DNA from: Gemmatimonadota bacterium
GTDB taxonomy: Bacteria > Gemmatimonadota > Gemmatimonadetes > Gemmatimonadales > Gemmatimonadaceae
DNA: 64,000 nucleotides
Assembly (NCBI GenBank): GCA_040389905.1
Contig: JAZJZK010000041.1
Location: forward strand, 1 to 64,000
Direction of reading: 5' to 3'
Shown piece by piece: positions 17,985 through 28,278 of the stretch. A program made the position numbers and the translations under genes. Within the stretch, counting starts at the first letter, position 1, and each line of letters begins with the position of its first letter. The notes below the pieces were generated by a model that did no database searches, was not told the origin of the DNA, and saw nothing but the letters and a program-made list of their open reading frames with translations.

Positions 17985-19594
17985 GTACCACGACGGACGA
18001 TGTCGCAACGGACCAGCGAGCCATTGTCATCCATGCGCCGCTCACGGGGGATCCGGCCCGCATCAATGAACTGCCGGAGGCGCTGCGGAGCGACGCTGCA
18101 CTGCGCGCGCCGACCGTGGTGCGAGAGCTACCGCCGAGCATTCGGGACCCGCACGTCCATCGCGCCGAGTTGGCGGCGCGTGCCGCGCAGAATCGAGTTC
18201 GGGTCTTTGGTCTCGACGCAGTGCGGGGGATCTCGCTCCTTGCAATGAACCTGACGTTCGCGCTTCCATCGGTGATGCTCCTGCCTGCGTGGATGTACCA
18301 CACGCAATACCCTCCACCGACTGGCGCGTATGTCGCGCGGGCGGGCCTGACGTGGCAAGACATCATCTTTCCCGGATTCCTGTTCGCGATGGCGGCCGCG
18401 ATACCGATTCGCGGCTCGCAGCTCATCGCGGCGGGCGAGCCGATGCCCAGCATCTTGTGGGGTGCTCTGAAGCGCACTGCGTTGCTCTATCTCTTCTCGC
18501 TCATCATTGGCCACGTCAATCCGTTCGAGACGCACAATGAAACGAGGACCGGTAACCTCATCGCGATCGCAGGGTTCCTCACGCTGTTTGCGCTGTTCGT
18601 TCAGCGAAAGCCGGAGTGGAATCCGTCAGTGTTCGTGTGGTTGCGCCGAGTTGGGTGGGTTGGCGCCGCAATCCTTCTATTCGTGCTGCCGGCAACGTGG
18701 GGTGGCAGCTTTTCGATGACCCGGCGGGACACGATCATCACGTCGATCGCATTCGTCTACGTCGTGTGCACGCTCATCTGGCTGGTGACGCGCCAGAAGC
18801 CAATGCTGCGGCTGGCAATCGTCCTCGTTGTCGCTGTGCTGAAAGTACTCTCGCCGGTCGTCGGGCCGGTGGGCGCCTTCTGGTCGCTCAGCCCGATGCC
18901 ATGGCTGTACGAACCGTGGTTCTTCGAGTTGCTCCTCATTGCGCTTCCGGGAACAATCGCGGGCGACTTGCTGGTCGAGTGGACGCGGTACGCGGCTGGT
19001 GACCGGCCGGCGTCGAGAGACGAGGAGCATCTCGGACATCTGCGTGGTGTGGCGGCGATCGGGTTTGGCATGCCCGTGGTGCTTGTCGTGGGACTCTATC
19101 AGCGCCAGCTGATCGGAACGACTGCCGCAGTGCTCGCCAGTGTCCTCGCCGGCGCCTACCTGCTTCGGCGTGGCACCTCCGATCGTGATCGGCTGCTCGC
19201 ACGCATTGGCGCGTGGGCGGGGGCGTTGCTCATCGCCGGCATTCTCCTCGAGCCCCTCGAAGGTGGGATCAAGAAGGATCCGCAAACGATGAGCTTCCTC
19301 TTGCTCTGCGGGGGACTATGGCTGGGAGTTCTGCTCGCCGCCACGATCCTGATCGACGTCGTCGGCGGCGCATGGAGGCGCATCTTCGAGCCGATCATTC
19401 TCGCGGGGCAGAACGCCATGTTGGCGTACGTGATCTTCACGCTGTTCCTGTTGCACATCGCCTACTATCTGGGCTTTGGCGACTTCCTCTCCGCAACACC
19501 GCCGCAACAGGTGGTACGTGGCGTACTGGTTACCACGGTCGTGATGGCCCTACTCTGGACGGCGAGCAAGAAGCGAATCGTGTGGCGGAGCTGA
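17981..19594 (+). CDS. DUF5009 / HGSNAT-like multi-pass membrane acyltransferase
   Basis: LDAVRG, GLTWQDIIFPGFLF, GIKKDPQTMSF, GQNAMLAY; many TM helices; ATGA overlap with the GT2. Confidence 0.75.
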   Translation: MSTTTDDVATDQRAIVIHAPLTGDPARINELPEALRSDAALRAPTVVRELPPSIRDPHVHRAELAARAAQNRVRVFGLDAVRGISLLAMNLTFALPSVMLLPAWMYHTQYPPPTGAYVARAGLTWQDIIFPGFLFAMAAAIPIRGSQLIAAGEPMPSILWGALKRTALLYLFSLIIGHVNPFETHNETRTGNLIAIAGFLTLFALFVQRKPEWNPSVFVWLRRVGWVGAAILLFVLPATWGGSFSMTRRDTIITSIAFVYVVCTLIWLVTRQKPMLRLAIVLVVAVLKVLSPVVGPVGAFWSLSPMPWLYEPWFFELLLIALPGTIAGDLLVEWTRYAAGDRPASRDEEHLGHLRGVAAIGFGMPVVLVVGLYQRQLIGTTAAVLASVLAGAYLLRRGTSDRDRLLARIGAWAGALLIAGILLEPLEGGIKKDPQTMSFLLLCGGLWLGVLLAATILIDVVGGAWRRIFEPIILAGQNAMLAYVIFTLFLLHIAYYLGFGDFLSATPPQQVVRGVLVTTVVMALLWTASKKRIVWRS

Positions 19595-19645
19595 GCGAGC
19601 AACGCATGCTCTGTTAGTTCGCCCGCGGTCCGTCGGTGTGGTTAC

Positions 19646-21946
19646 CTACTCGACAATGAGCGTCACTTGCCGACCGCCGATGAAAAGCGTGAACTCTCCG
19701 GGCTCCACGCCGAAACGATTGTCGCGGCCGATGAATCCGAGGCGCTGAACAGGAAATGTGAAGGTCACGACGCGACGCTCGCTCGGAGCAAGGGAGATCT
19801 TCTCGAATGCCCGCAACTTTCGCATTGGGGGACTCACTGACGCGTAGAGTTGGCGCGAGTACAGTTGAACGACCTCCATGCCGGCGCGCGCGCCCGTGTT
19901 CGTGACGGCGACAGACACGGTGACTGTGTCGCGCACCCCGACTGTCGACTTGGCGAGTCGGAGGGTGTCGTACGAAAAGTGGGTATACGAAAGACCGTGG
20001 CCAAAATCCCACTCGGGGTTATATCCGCCCTCCGGCTTGTCCGAGCCGATGTCCGCACTTGCCGTGCGATCGTAATGCTCGATCGCGCCAGAAGCGCGCG
20101 GATACGTGAACGGCAGCCTCCCGCTCGGGTTCACCTGTCCTGCGATGACGCGCGCGAGCGCCTCTCCAGCATAAGGCCCCGTCTGATACGCCAGCACGAT
20201 CGCCCTCGCGCTATCCACGACATCACGCAGGATCCTCGGCCGTGCCTCGAAGATGGTGATGATGACCGGCTTTCCCGTCGCCTCCATCGCACGCGCGAGA
20301 CGGAGCTGCGCGGTGGGGAAGGTGAGGTCATCGATGTCGCCGGGCTTTTCGGCCGATGCCGGCTCCGCGAGCGCGACGATGATAACGTCCGCTCCTCGCG
20401 CGGCTCGCACGGCCGCATCGATATCCTCGTCGCCGCGAAGCGTCGCGCCTGCCGCGTATGTGACCTGCTGCGCGCCGAACTGCTCCAGCAACGAGGTGAG
20501 AAAACTGCGAACCGTCTTGGGGTACATCGCGCTATCGGTACCTTGCCAGGTGTACGTCCAACCGCCGTGCATTGCGGATATGGAAGTCGCGCCGGGCCCC
20601 GCCACGAGAATGCGCGTCGATTTTGCGAGTGGAAGAAGTCCTCGCTCATTCTTGACGAGCGTGATCGCCTCGTCGGCGGCTCGTTGACTGACCGCGCGAA
20701 AGGCGGCGGCATTGGCGTTGGAAAGCTGCGCGGTATCGGCACCGGCGTGCTCGAAAAGACCGAGGTCGAACTTCATGGCGAGAATGCGGCGGACCGATTC
20801 GTCGATGCGCGTCTCGCTGACCTCCCCAGCGTGCACCATGGCGACGAGATCGTCGGCGAACGAGGTCGAGTACGGCACCATGCTCATATCGATGCCCGCA
20901 TCGATCGCCATCCGCACCGCCTCTCGTCGCGTGCGCGCGACTCGGCTGACCGTCTGGAGGCGAATGATGTCTTCCCAATCGGATACGACCACGCCGCGAA
21001 ACCCCAGTTCGGTGCGGAGCACGTCCGTGAGCATCGTGCGATCCGAATGCACCGGAACGCCGTTGATATCGCTTGAATTCACCATGATCGCGCGCACACC
21101 CGCATCGACAGCCGCGCGAAATGGCGGCAGGAACAGCTCCCTCAGTTGCTGCGCGGGAATCCATGCCGTCGTGCGATCCTTCCCACTCAGCGGCATCCCG
21201 TATCCGAGGAAGTGCTTGGCCGTCGTCGCCACGTAGAGCGCGCTCGATTGCTGGGGTGCCGCGTTGCCGAGCAGTGGCACCGGCTTCCCAGCGAGAAGGG
21301 CCGCAATCGTCGCCGAGGGATTCGCCTGTTCCGACTCGATCGAGGCCCGCCCCATCACCGACACGAGATAGGGATCCTCGCCGAATGTCTCATAGAAGCG
21401 CGACCACAGTGGTTGGCGTGCGACGTCCAACACCGGCGCGAAGTTCCAGGCGATTCCGCTGGCGCGGACCTCGTACGCCGTGATTTCGCTTGCCCGACGA
21501 ACGAGGGCAGGGTTCCAGGTCGCGGCCATCGCGATGTTCTGCGGAAAGATTGTTCCGCCGAGCATGTACTGATGCCCGTGCACAGCATCGATGCCGTACA
21601 GCACGGGAATGGGAATCCGTCGCCGTTCGGCGATGCGCTGGATCAGTGACGTGGCCTCGTTCCACTGTCGGGGCGTGAGCGCAACACCCGGCACGTTGAG
21701 CAGCGAGCCGACGCTGCGCCGGATGATCAGCTCCTCGAGCTTCGCGGAGTCCAACTGCATGGGGCGCGTTGCGGTGCCCGACACTTTTGTCGCAACCGAA
21801 ATGTCGACCTGCGTCATTTCTCCGACCTTTTCCTCGAGCGTCATACGCTTGAGCAGCGCGTCGACACGTGCGTCGGTCGATTGCGCTGCGAGCGCAGTCG
21901 GAACGGACGTTGCCATGACGAAAAACAGCGTGCCGGTTCGTGCCAT
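19646..21946 (-). CDS. Secreted GH3 beta-glucosidase (BglX-like) with Fn3-like C-terminus
   Basis: MTLEEKVGEM, GIDAVHG, ETFGEDP, KHF, VVSDW nucleophile, NPSGRLPFT, FGHGLSYT. Start 21946 or 21985. Confidence 0.92.
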   Translation of the reverse strand: MARTGTLFFVMATSVPTALAAQSTDARVDALLKRMTLEEKVGEMTQVDISVATKVSGTATRPMQLDSAKLEELIIRRSVGSLLNVPGVALTPRQWNEATSLIQRIAERRRIPIPVLYGIDAVHGHQYMLGGTIFPQNIAMAATWNPALVRRASEITAYEVRASGIAWNFAPVLDVARQPLWSRFYETFGEDPYLVSVMGRASIESEQANPSATIAALLAGKPVPLLGNAAPQQSSALYVATTAKHFLGYGMPLSGKDRTTAWIPAQQLRELFLPPFRAAVDAGVRAIMVNSSDINGVPVHSDRTMLTDVLRTELGFRGVVVSDWEDIIRLQTVSRVARTRREAVRMAIDAGIDMSMVPYSTSFADDLVAMVHAGEVSETRIDESVRRILAMKFDLGLFEHAGADTAQLSNANAAAFRAVSQRAADEAITLVKNERGLLPLAKSTRILVAGPGATSISAMHGGWTYTWQGTDSAMYPKTVRSFLTSLLEQFGAQQVTYAAGATLRGDEDIDAAVRAARGADVIIVALAEPASAEKPGDIDDLTFPTAQLRLARAMEATGKPVIITIFEARPRILRDVVDSARAIVLAYQTGPYAGEALARVIAGQVNPSGRLPFTYPRASGAIEHYDRTASADIGSDKPEGGYNPEWDFGHGLSYTHFSYDTLRLAKSTVGVRDTVTVSVAVTNTGARAGMEVVQLYSRQLYASVSPPMRKLRAFEKISLAPSERRVVTFTFPVQRLGFIGRDNRFGVEPGEFTLFIGGRQVTLIVE

Positions 21947-22054
21947 CACGCAACGTCTTGACGGTGGTACAGGGCTCGTTCGCATTTAGGGCAGGGCTGT
22001 AGAGCAAACCAACAATACGAAAGCAATCGCGTTCAATCGGTGGCTGTGCAAAGG

Positions 22055-24589
22055 CTACCGCGACACAACGTGCATCTCGCCACTCGCACTCGCCACGGAT
22101 GCTTCGTCGGCAACGACCGCGAAGCGAATGCAGGTTTCCACGGGAAGCGACGTCGTGTCGAGATCTGCAATCCACACACCGATCGGCGTGCCTCGAAGCG
22201 ACGTGCTCATCGGCTCTCCGCCATTCACCGACCAGCGAACGACGCCTGCGGACTCGGATTGGATGCGAAGACGATTGCCGAACGGCAGCAGGTGCGCCCG
22301 ACTCTCGGGAGATATCAGCGTAAGGTTGCATGACACGCGTTGCCGCACGTACCGCTCGTAGGGTTGCTGCGGCATGTCGAAGACTCGGCCATCGTGCAGC
22401 GACCGAACGAGCTTCGCGTACTCTGCGTGCGCCCACACGAGCGGCATTGCGCCTCCCGTTGGTCGTCCGTTGCGCAACTCGTGCTGCGGACAATCTGCTC
22501 CATCCCACACTTGTTCCGGGAGCATGCCGCCATCGCTCGCTTGGGCGCGCATGACACCGAGGAGTTGCACCGCCACGTCGGGCCGGCCGGCCGCCAACTC
22601 GTAGTGCGCGCGCTCGCCGGCGAGAAGCGGCCACGGGCGTCCGATGCCTGTTCCGTCGAATGGCGAACCATCTTCCTTCTCACCGTACCCGTCACCGTTG
22701 TATCGGTACCAGGCCGGTCCTGTCGAGGTGGATGTGCGTAGCACGAGGTCGATGACGCGAATCGTGTTCAAGATCCGAGGGTCGTTGGCATCGCGCAGGC
22801 CGAAGCGCACGAGCGCGAGCGCGTCGGGGCTGACGACGGAATCATACCGTGCGTGATCGGAGCCAGGCGGCCGGTTCTTGATGGGGATTGTGCCACCGCT
22901 CCCTGGGGTGGATTCGCTCACGTCGCCTGGGGCGATTCGAACGTAGTAGCCGTCGACTCCGACCTCGCGCGCGAGCGATGTACCGCGCACATACGTCCAG
23001 TCTTCGATGCGAGCGTTCCAGGCATCGGCGGTCTCGCGCAGGAGCGTCGCTAATTCCTCCTCACCGGCACGCGTCGCGAAATCCGACGCGGCCAGAAGCG
23101 CAGCAACTTCTATCGCGAGGGTGAAAACCGAAAAGCCACCGTTCTCTTCCCATCGGTCCTGTCCAGTGACGGGACCGTAACGCACGAGGAACTCCGATGC
23201 GCGGCGAATCATCGGATAGGGATCGAGATCCTCCAGCTTCCCTTCGCGGCGCAACAGTTCCGCGAGGAGAATCGGGAACGCAACCTCATCCATCTGGACA
23301 CCGTTCCAGTACGGCGTGCCATCGAGCCACAGGTTCTGTGCCCAGCGCCCATCCGCTTCCTGCGTGCTCATCAGGTACCGCAACGTTCGCCGAGCCTGCA
23401 CGCCATGACCGAGCGCGATGAGTGCTCCGGCGCTGTTCACCAGATCTCTTGGCCACACGAGATGATAGCCGCCCAACTCGTGATCGCTCTTGGTGTTTCC
23501 CCACGGAATGGACAGGCTCGCGATGATCGCTCCTGACGCGCGCTTGTCTTCGTGGATGGCGAGGATGGCCGCGCTCATGCGGTAGAGATCGAGCACACTC
23601 TCGGGCAGGTCTACGGGAGTGCGCTTCCGCCGCTCTCGCTTGGGGCGGTCGCCCGTGGGAACATGCGCCCGCGTGCTTTCGTCGGCGTGTACCGCAAGGT
23701 CTCGCGCTGCGTCTTGCCGAGATTCTTCCGGCGTTCTGGCGTCGTCGGACACGGCGCGTGGCCCGATGGTGTGCTCGTGGAAGCGCGTCCATCCGCGGAC
23801 GTACGATGCGCGAACGCGCTCGAACGACGACGCCATCGACATCCGCGCGCGCTGTGCCGCCTCGGCGGGTCCGAGTCCAAACGACAGGACGATCAGGAAC
23901 TCCGCCACATTCGCATGCGCCAGCGAGGCGCGAGCGAGGTTCACCTCACCACACAGCGCGACGTTGCCGTCGCGGGCTTCGGCCGATGCGTCGGAGAGCT
24001 GGCCAGTGGACCGGATCTGGCGCCAACCGTCGTTCACGCCCACGTAACCGCAGTGCATGGCCGTCCAATCAGCGTCGCACGCGAGCGCAAGCGCGACTTC
24101 CCGGCGCCGCGCAAAGAGCATGGGGACGCCTTTGTACGTCTCGGCCCATCCGTCGTTGCCGTAACCTTGATTGCAGATGTGCGGCGCCAACAGCGCAAAG
24201 ACGCGATAGTCGCTGATCTGTCCGCGAAGCGCCCGGAAGCGAATGCGCTGGATAAGAACGTCTCGCTCAGGATCGGTGATGATGACCTTGTCGATCTCGT
24301 ATCGTCCATGCACGCAACTGTTGAGCAGGTGATAGCCCGGAACTCCGGGGCCGATCAGCCGCACCACACTCGTCGTATCGCGCTTCTCCTCGGAGAAGAA
24401 ACCGTCCGGCCCCGCGACGATCAGCCCGAGGTCGCGGGTATTCGCCTGATCGACGCCGGGATAATAGACCTCGTCCACGATGCCGTGCGAGACCGTGAAC
24501 CAGACATGGCTGCGCCCATCGAGCGCCGTGCCGACGCCGCTCTTCGCACTCGATGTCCAGCGGGGCTCGACTCCCGGGCCCCGGTTCAT
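22055..24589 (-). CDS. GH15 glucoamylase / glucodextranase
   Basis: WTSSAKSGVGT N-domain, IASLSIPWG, GGYHLVWPRD, QDRWEE, RYNGDGYGE, LPEQVWD, PLVWAHAEY. Confidence 0.92.
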   Translation of the reverse strand: MNRGPGVEPRWTSSAKSGVGTALDGRSHVWFTVSHGIVDEVYYPGVDQANTRDLGLIVAGPDGFFSEEKRDTTSVVRLIGPGVPGYHLLNSCVHGRYEIDKVIITDPERDVLIQRIRFRALRGQISDYRVFALLAPHICNQGYGNDGWAETYKGVPMLFARRREVALALACDADWTAMHCGYVGVNDGWRQIRSTGQLSDASAEARDGNVALCGEVNLARASLAHANVAEFLIVLSFGLGPAEAAQRARMSMASSFERVRASYVRGWTRFHEHTIGPRAVSDDARTPEESRQDAARDLAVHADESTRAHVPTGDRPKRERRKRTPVDLPESVLDLYRMSAAILAIHEDKRASGAIIASLSIPWGNTKSDHELGGYHLVWPRDLVNSAGALIALGHGVQARRTLRYLMSTQEADGRWAQNLWLDGTPYWNGVQMDEVAFPILLAELLRREGKLEDLDPYPMIRRASEFLVRYGPVTGQDRWEENGGFSVFTLAIEVAALLAASDFATRAGEEELATLLRETADAWNARIEDWTYVRGTSLAREVGVDGYYVRIAPGDVSESTPGSGGTIPIKNRPPGSDHARYDSVVSPDALALVRFGLRDANDPRILNTIRVIDLVLRTSTSTGPAWYRYNGDGYGEKEDGSPFDGTGIGRPWPLLAGERAHYELAAGRPDVAVQLLGVMRAQASDGGMLPEQVWDGADCPQHELRNGRPTGGAMPLVWAHAEYAKLVRSLHDGRVFDMPQQPYERYVRQRVSCNLTLISPESRAHLLPFGNRLRIQSESAGVVRWSVNGGEPMSTSLRGTPIGVWIADLDTTSLPVETCIRFAVVADEASVASASGEMHVVSR

Positions 24590-24597
24590 TGGGTCGG

Positions 24598-25338
24598 CTA
24601 CTTTCCGCTCAGGTTCGTGAGCAGCAGAAACTCCACGCGAGCATAACCGGAACTCGGTGTGTTGTTGTTGCCCGCCCGGAGTCCGCCGGACGCACCGACG
24701 CGGAAGTCCTGGCTCACCCGATACTCGATGGTCGGGCCAATCTCATAGCGGAACTGCGTCGGCGTCGTAAAACCTGCGATCGTCTCCGTTTTCTGCGAAC
24801 CCTGCAAGACCAGCTCGCCGCCGAGATAGACCGGGTGGGCGGTCGGCGAGAGACGATGCGATGCACGGAACCTCGTCCAGTAGTATTCCGATTCGAATCC
24901 GTAACTTCCGATCACCTGCGCGGAATTCTCGCCATTCCCCCAGTAATTACCCTGTGCGGAGACGAACACGCCGTTCCGTGCACCGAGCTCTGCGCCCGAC
25001 ACGAGTCCGTTGAATTCCGTGTTGACGAAGGTGTAACCGACCATCGCGCTGATCGATCCTTCCGGCATCGAATTCTGAAGACCAATGGACGGCGACAAGG
25101 CGTAAGCCTGCGCGTGTGAGTTGAGCCCGTTCCGGTAGCGGTAGGTCATCGCGACAAGGTTCGCGACCGGCCCGACGCCGAGCCGGCCAGTGCTCCACGA
25201 CGTGCCGAGCAGTGCGGAACCTTCGCCGAAGCCACCGACCTCGACCGAACCGAACGTGGCGAGTGATTGCGCTGATGCCGCCGAGGCCACTCCAAGAATC
25301 ACGGCTGCGAGTGGGATGATGCGAGTCAGGGTCTTCAT
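24598..25338 (-). CDS. Outer-membrane beta-barrel protein, BcsS-like
   Basis: Signal peptide ...ASAQ. Alternating amphipathic Gly/Tyr-rich strands; SY....YWTRFR...YLGGE..QG pattern recalls BcsS; glucan-locus context. Family call is tentative. Confidence 0.6.
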   Translation of the reverse strand: MKTLTRIIPLAAVILGVASAASAQSLATFGSVEVGGFGEGSALLGTSWSTGRLGVGPVANLVAMTYRYRNGLNSHAQAYALSPSIGLQNSMPEGSISAMVGYTFVNTEFNGLVSGAELGARNGVFVSAQGNYWGNGENSAQVIGSYGFESEYYWTRFRASHRLSPTAHPVYLGGELVLQGSQKTETIAGFTTPTQFRYEIGPTIEYRVSQDFRVGASGGLRAGNNNTPSSGYARVEFLLLTNLSGK

Positions 25339-25500
25339 GGGTGAGTGCGTGGTCGAGTTAGCGCGATGCCAGCGTGACGACACGCGCCAATGCCAAAAGC
25401 GTACCTGATGACCGGTGAGCGCGCGGTGCGCCATTTGCCTTTCACTTTGGCGACTGTCTCAGCTCTCGTCGCACGCAAACAACCTCAGCCGAACTTCTCG

Positions 25501-26850
25501 ATGACTTTCCGGTTCGTTCCGTCGCGTGGACCCATTGTCGTCGCGCTCTTGCTCGCCGTGGTCGTGTCTGCCAGCTGCGGCGGTCAGAGCGCGGACGCGG
25601 GCGTACCAGCTCATACGCCATCGTCCGCTGTGGTTCGATCGACCAGTGGAACGCTGAACATTCCCGCTCCCGACGCATCTGACCCACCCAAGGCGACTGT
25701 CGAGGAACAACGTGCCTTCATGATGAAGTCAGCGCGCGGCGCGTGGAATTATGTCACGCGCGAGGCTTCGCGCACCGGCTTTGTTGGCGCGACCAAGGAG
25801 TATCCCTACCTCACGGTATGGGACATGGCGAGCGGACTTGCGGCGGCGTACTCGGCTCGTGAACTCGGGTTCATCAACACCACGCAGTACAAGAGCATCG
25901 TCAATCGCACGCTCGCCTCGATGGAGAAACTCACACTCTTCGACAAGGCTGCGTACAACAGGCTGTATTCCGCGAAGAACGGCGCCATGGTCGACTCCAA
26001 GGCCCAGCCCAGCAAGACCGGCATGGGTTGGTCGGCACTGGACCATGGTCGCATGCTCGTCTGGCTCAAGCTCATCGCCAACAGTGATCCCAGCTTCGCG
26101 CCGCGCGCCAACAGGATTGCCACGCGCGTCGATATGGGCCGCCTGGTGAAGAACGGATACATGCAGGGCGAGGAGATCCTGGATAAGTCCGAGCACCGCG
26201 CATATCAGGAAGGCCGCGTCGGATACGAACAGTATGCGGCCGAAGGCTTTGCGCTGTGGGGCGCGAAGGTAGACTCAGCGCTGGACTTCGCCATCAACGG
26301 CAAGCCGGTCACCGTTCACGGTCAATCGATCATCACGGATGTGCGCGGCATGGACGTGATGACGAGCGAGCCATTCGTGATGATGGGTCTGGAACTGGGC
26401 TGGAAGAATGCCAACTGGCGCAATCTGTCCCTGTCGGTGCTCGCCGCGCAGGAAGCACGTTACAAGAAGGAGGGCATCGTCACGATGGTGAGTGAGGATG
26501 CGATTCCGGTTCCCCCAGCCTACTTCTACTACTACCTCCTCTACCACGAGGGAAAGCCCTTCGTCGTCACCACGGTCGCTGGCGTCACGAGCGACACGTT
26601 CCCCCGATGGGTGAGCGCGAAGGCCGCATTCGGCTACCACGCGCTGGCGCCGAGTGCGTACACGTGGCTCGCGTTGCAGACGGTGCAGCACGGCGGTTCA
26701 GCCCGAGGATGGACGGCAGGCGTCTACGAAGGCACGAAGACGTCGACATCGCAGTACAACCTGAATACCGCCGCGATCGTTCTCGAGTCTGCGGCGTATA
26801 TGAAGCGCGGCTGTCCGTTCATTCAAACCGTGTGTCAGAAGAAGAGGTAG
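25501..26850 (+). CDS. DUF3131 family lipoprotein (putative (alpha/alpha)6 glycoside hydrolase)
   Basis: VSAS-C lipobox; TVWDMASG, GWSALDHGRMLVWL, EGRVGYEQYAA, TSEPF, VSED motifs. Confidence 0.75.
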   Translation: MTFRFVPSRGPIVVALLLAVVVSASCGGQSADAGVPAHTPSSAVVRSTSGTLNIPAPDASDPPKATVEEQRAFMMKSARGAWNYVTREASRTGFVGATKEYPYLTVWDMASGLAAAYSARELGFINTTQYKSIVNRTLASMEKLTLFDKAAYNRLYSAKNGAMVDSKAQPSKTGMGWSALDHGRMLVWLKLIANSDPSFAPRANRIATRVDMGRLVKNGYMQGEEILDKSEHRAYQEGRVGYEQYAAEGFALWGAKVDSALDFAINGKPVTVHGQSIITDVRGMDVMTSEPFVMMGLELGWKNANWRNLSLSVLAAQEARYKKEGIVTMVSEDAIPVPPAYFYYYLLYHEGKPFVVTTVAGVTSDTFPRWVSAKAAFGYHALAPSAYTWLALQTVQHGGSARGWTAGVYEGTKTSTSQYNLNTAAIVLESAAYMKRGCPFIQTVCQKKR

Positions 26851-26883
26851 TCGTCGAATCGCCAACCCTTACCGTACGTCACC

Positions 26884-27315
26884 ATGGAAGAGAGGAATAG
26901 TCGTTCAGCCGACGTGCAGCATGGTCGCGACGAAACACAACCCGCGCACTCGCTGGCCGGAGTTGCCGTTCGCGAGGATGATGTCGAGCCGGCCAAGGCC
27001 ATTCGCTTCATCGCCATTCTCTTTCGCGGAATGGCTGTGCTCATGATCCTGCTCACCGTCGTGCAGATCATCTCTGGCGTCACGGGAACGGTCGAACTGT
27101 CGGTTGGGGTGCTCTTCGCTGAAGCCGTTCGCCTGCTGATCTTCGCGGGCCTGCTATGGGGCGCAGGCGACCTCGCTGTGCTCGCCATCAAGTCGCACTA
27201 CGATCTTCGCGCCACGCGGATCCTTGCGGCGCGGTCCGAGTACATGATGCGCCTCGCATGTGTGGCGAATGGAGTCATTCCGCCCCAGGACGGGCGAGGG
27301 GAGCGTGATACGTAG
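26884..27315 (+). CDS. Hypothetical membrane protein (2 TM)
   Basis: ORF fills the gap between DUF3131 and GH6; two hydrophobic segments. Confidence 0.7.
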   Translation: MEERNSRSADVQHGRDETQPAHSLAGVAVREDDVEPAKAIRFIAILFRGMAVLMILLTVVQIISGVTGTVELSVGVLFAEAVRLLIFAGLLWGAGDLAVLAIKSHYDLRATRILAARSEYMMRLACVANGVIPPQDGRGERDT

Positions 27316-27328
27316 GTCGGCCGGTCCG

Positions 27329-28276
27329 ATGATGCGTATGTCGTTGGTGCCGGATCTCGTGTTCGTCGTGCTGTTCCTGCAGTCTACGAATCCGTTGGCC
27401 GGCAAGCGTCTGTACGTGGACCCGGCGTCTGGCGCAAAGCGGCAAGCGGAAACGCTTCGTCGCTCGCGCCCGCAGGACGCAGCGCTGCTCGCCCGCATTG
27501 CCGACCAGCCAGTGGCGAAATGGCTCGGGGGCTGGGTAGGCGACATTGGGCGCGAGGTCGACAACGCCGTCTCGACAATCTCTGGCAGCGGTGCCCTTCC
27601 CGTGTTCGTCGCGTACAACATTCCCGGGCGCGATTGCGGTCAATACTCCGCCGGCGGCGCCAACGGGAGTGATGCGTACCGCAAATGGATCCGCTCATTT
27701 GCGAACGGACTACACGGCAGGCAAACGCTGGTGATTCTCGAGCCCGACGCGCTTCCCGGAATGGACTGTCTCAACGCCGCAGGGCAGGCGGAGCGACTCG
27801 CGCTCATGCGTGACGCCGTTCAAGTCTTGAAGAGTCAACGTGCGACGGTGTACATCGACGCGGGGCATGCCAAGTGGAAGCCCGCATCGATCATGGCTGA
27901 GCGACTGAAGCAAGTGGATATTGCCTCGGCCGATGGCTTCTCGCTCAACGTGTCGAACTACATCGACAACACCGCCAACATCGCCTTTGGCGAAGCGCTT
28001 TCTAAACTGCTCGGCGGAAAGCACTTCATCATCGACACGAGTCGCAACGGCATCGGCACCACATCCGATTGGTGCAACCCTCGCGGGCAAGCGCTCGGCG
28101 TGACGCCGACGACCAACACCGGACATCCGCTCGTCGACGCATTCCTCTGGGTCAAGCAGCCCGGAGAGTCCGACGGAACCTGTAAGGGAGGGCCGGCCGC
28201 CGGCAGCTGGTGGACGGATATCGCGCTGGAACTGAGTCGCGCCGCGGCCTCGCTCGCCAAGACGATCGCGAGGTAG
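27329..28276 (+). CDS. GH6 endoglucanase/cellulase (single catalytic domain)
   Basis: YNIPGRDCG, LEPDAL, YIDAGH, GFSLNVSN, IDTSRNG, WCNP, WVKQPGESDG. Start approximate. Confidence 0.92.
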   Translation: MMRMSLVPDLVFVVLFLQSTNPLAGKRLYVDPASGAKRQAETLRRSRPQDAALLARIADQPVAKWLGGWVGDIGREVDNAVSTISGSGALPVFVAYNIPGRDCGQYSAGGANGSDAYRKWIRSFANGLHGRQTLVILEPDALPGMDCLNAAGQAERLALMRDAVQVLKSQRATVYIDAGHAKWKPASIMAERLKQVDIASADGFSLNVSNYIDNTANIAFGEALSKLLGGKHFIIDTSRNGIGTTSDWCNPRGQALGVTPTTNTGHPLVDAFLWVKQPGESDGTCKGGPAAGSWWTDIALELSRAAASLAKTIAR

Positions 28277-28278
28277 GT

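Noticed and set aside
19646..28276. GH3/GH15/GH6 as cellulosomal enzymes for the scaffold
   Set aside because: None shows a dockerin repeat; GH15 has no signal peptide; they fit the glucan locus better.
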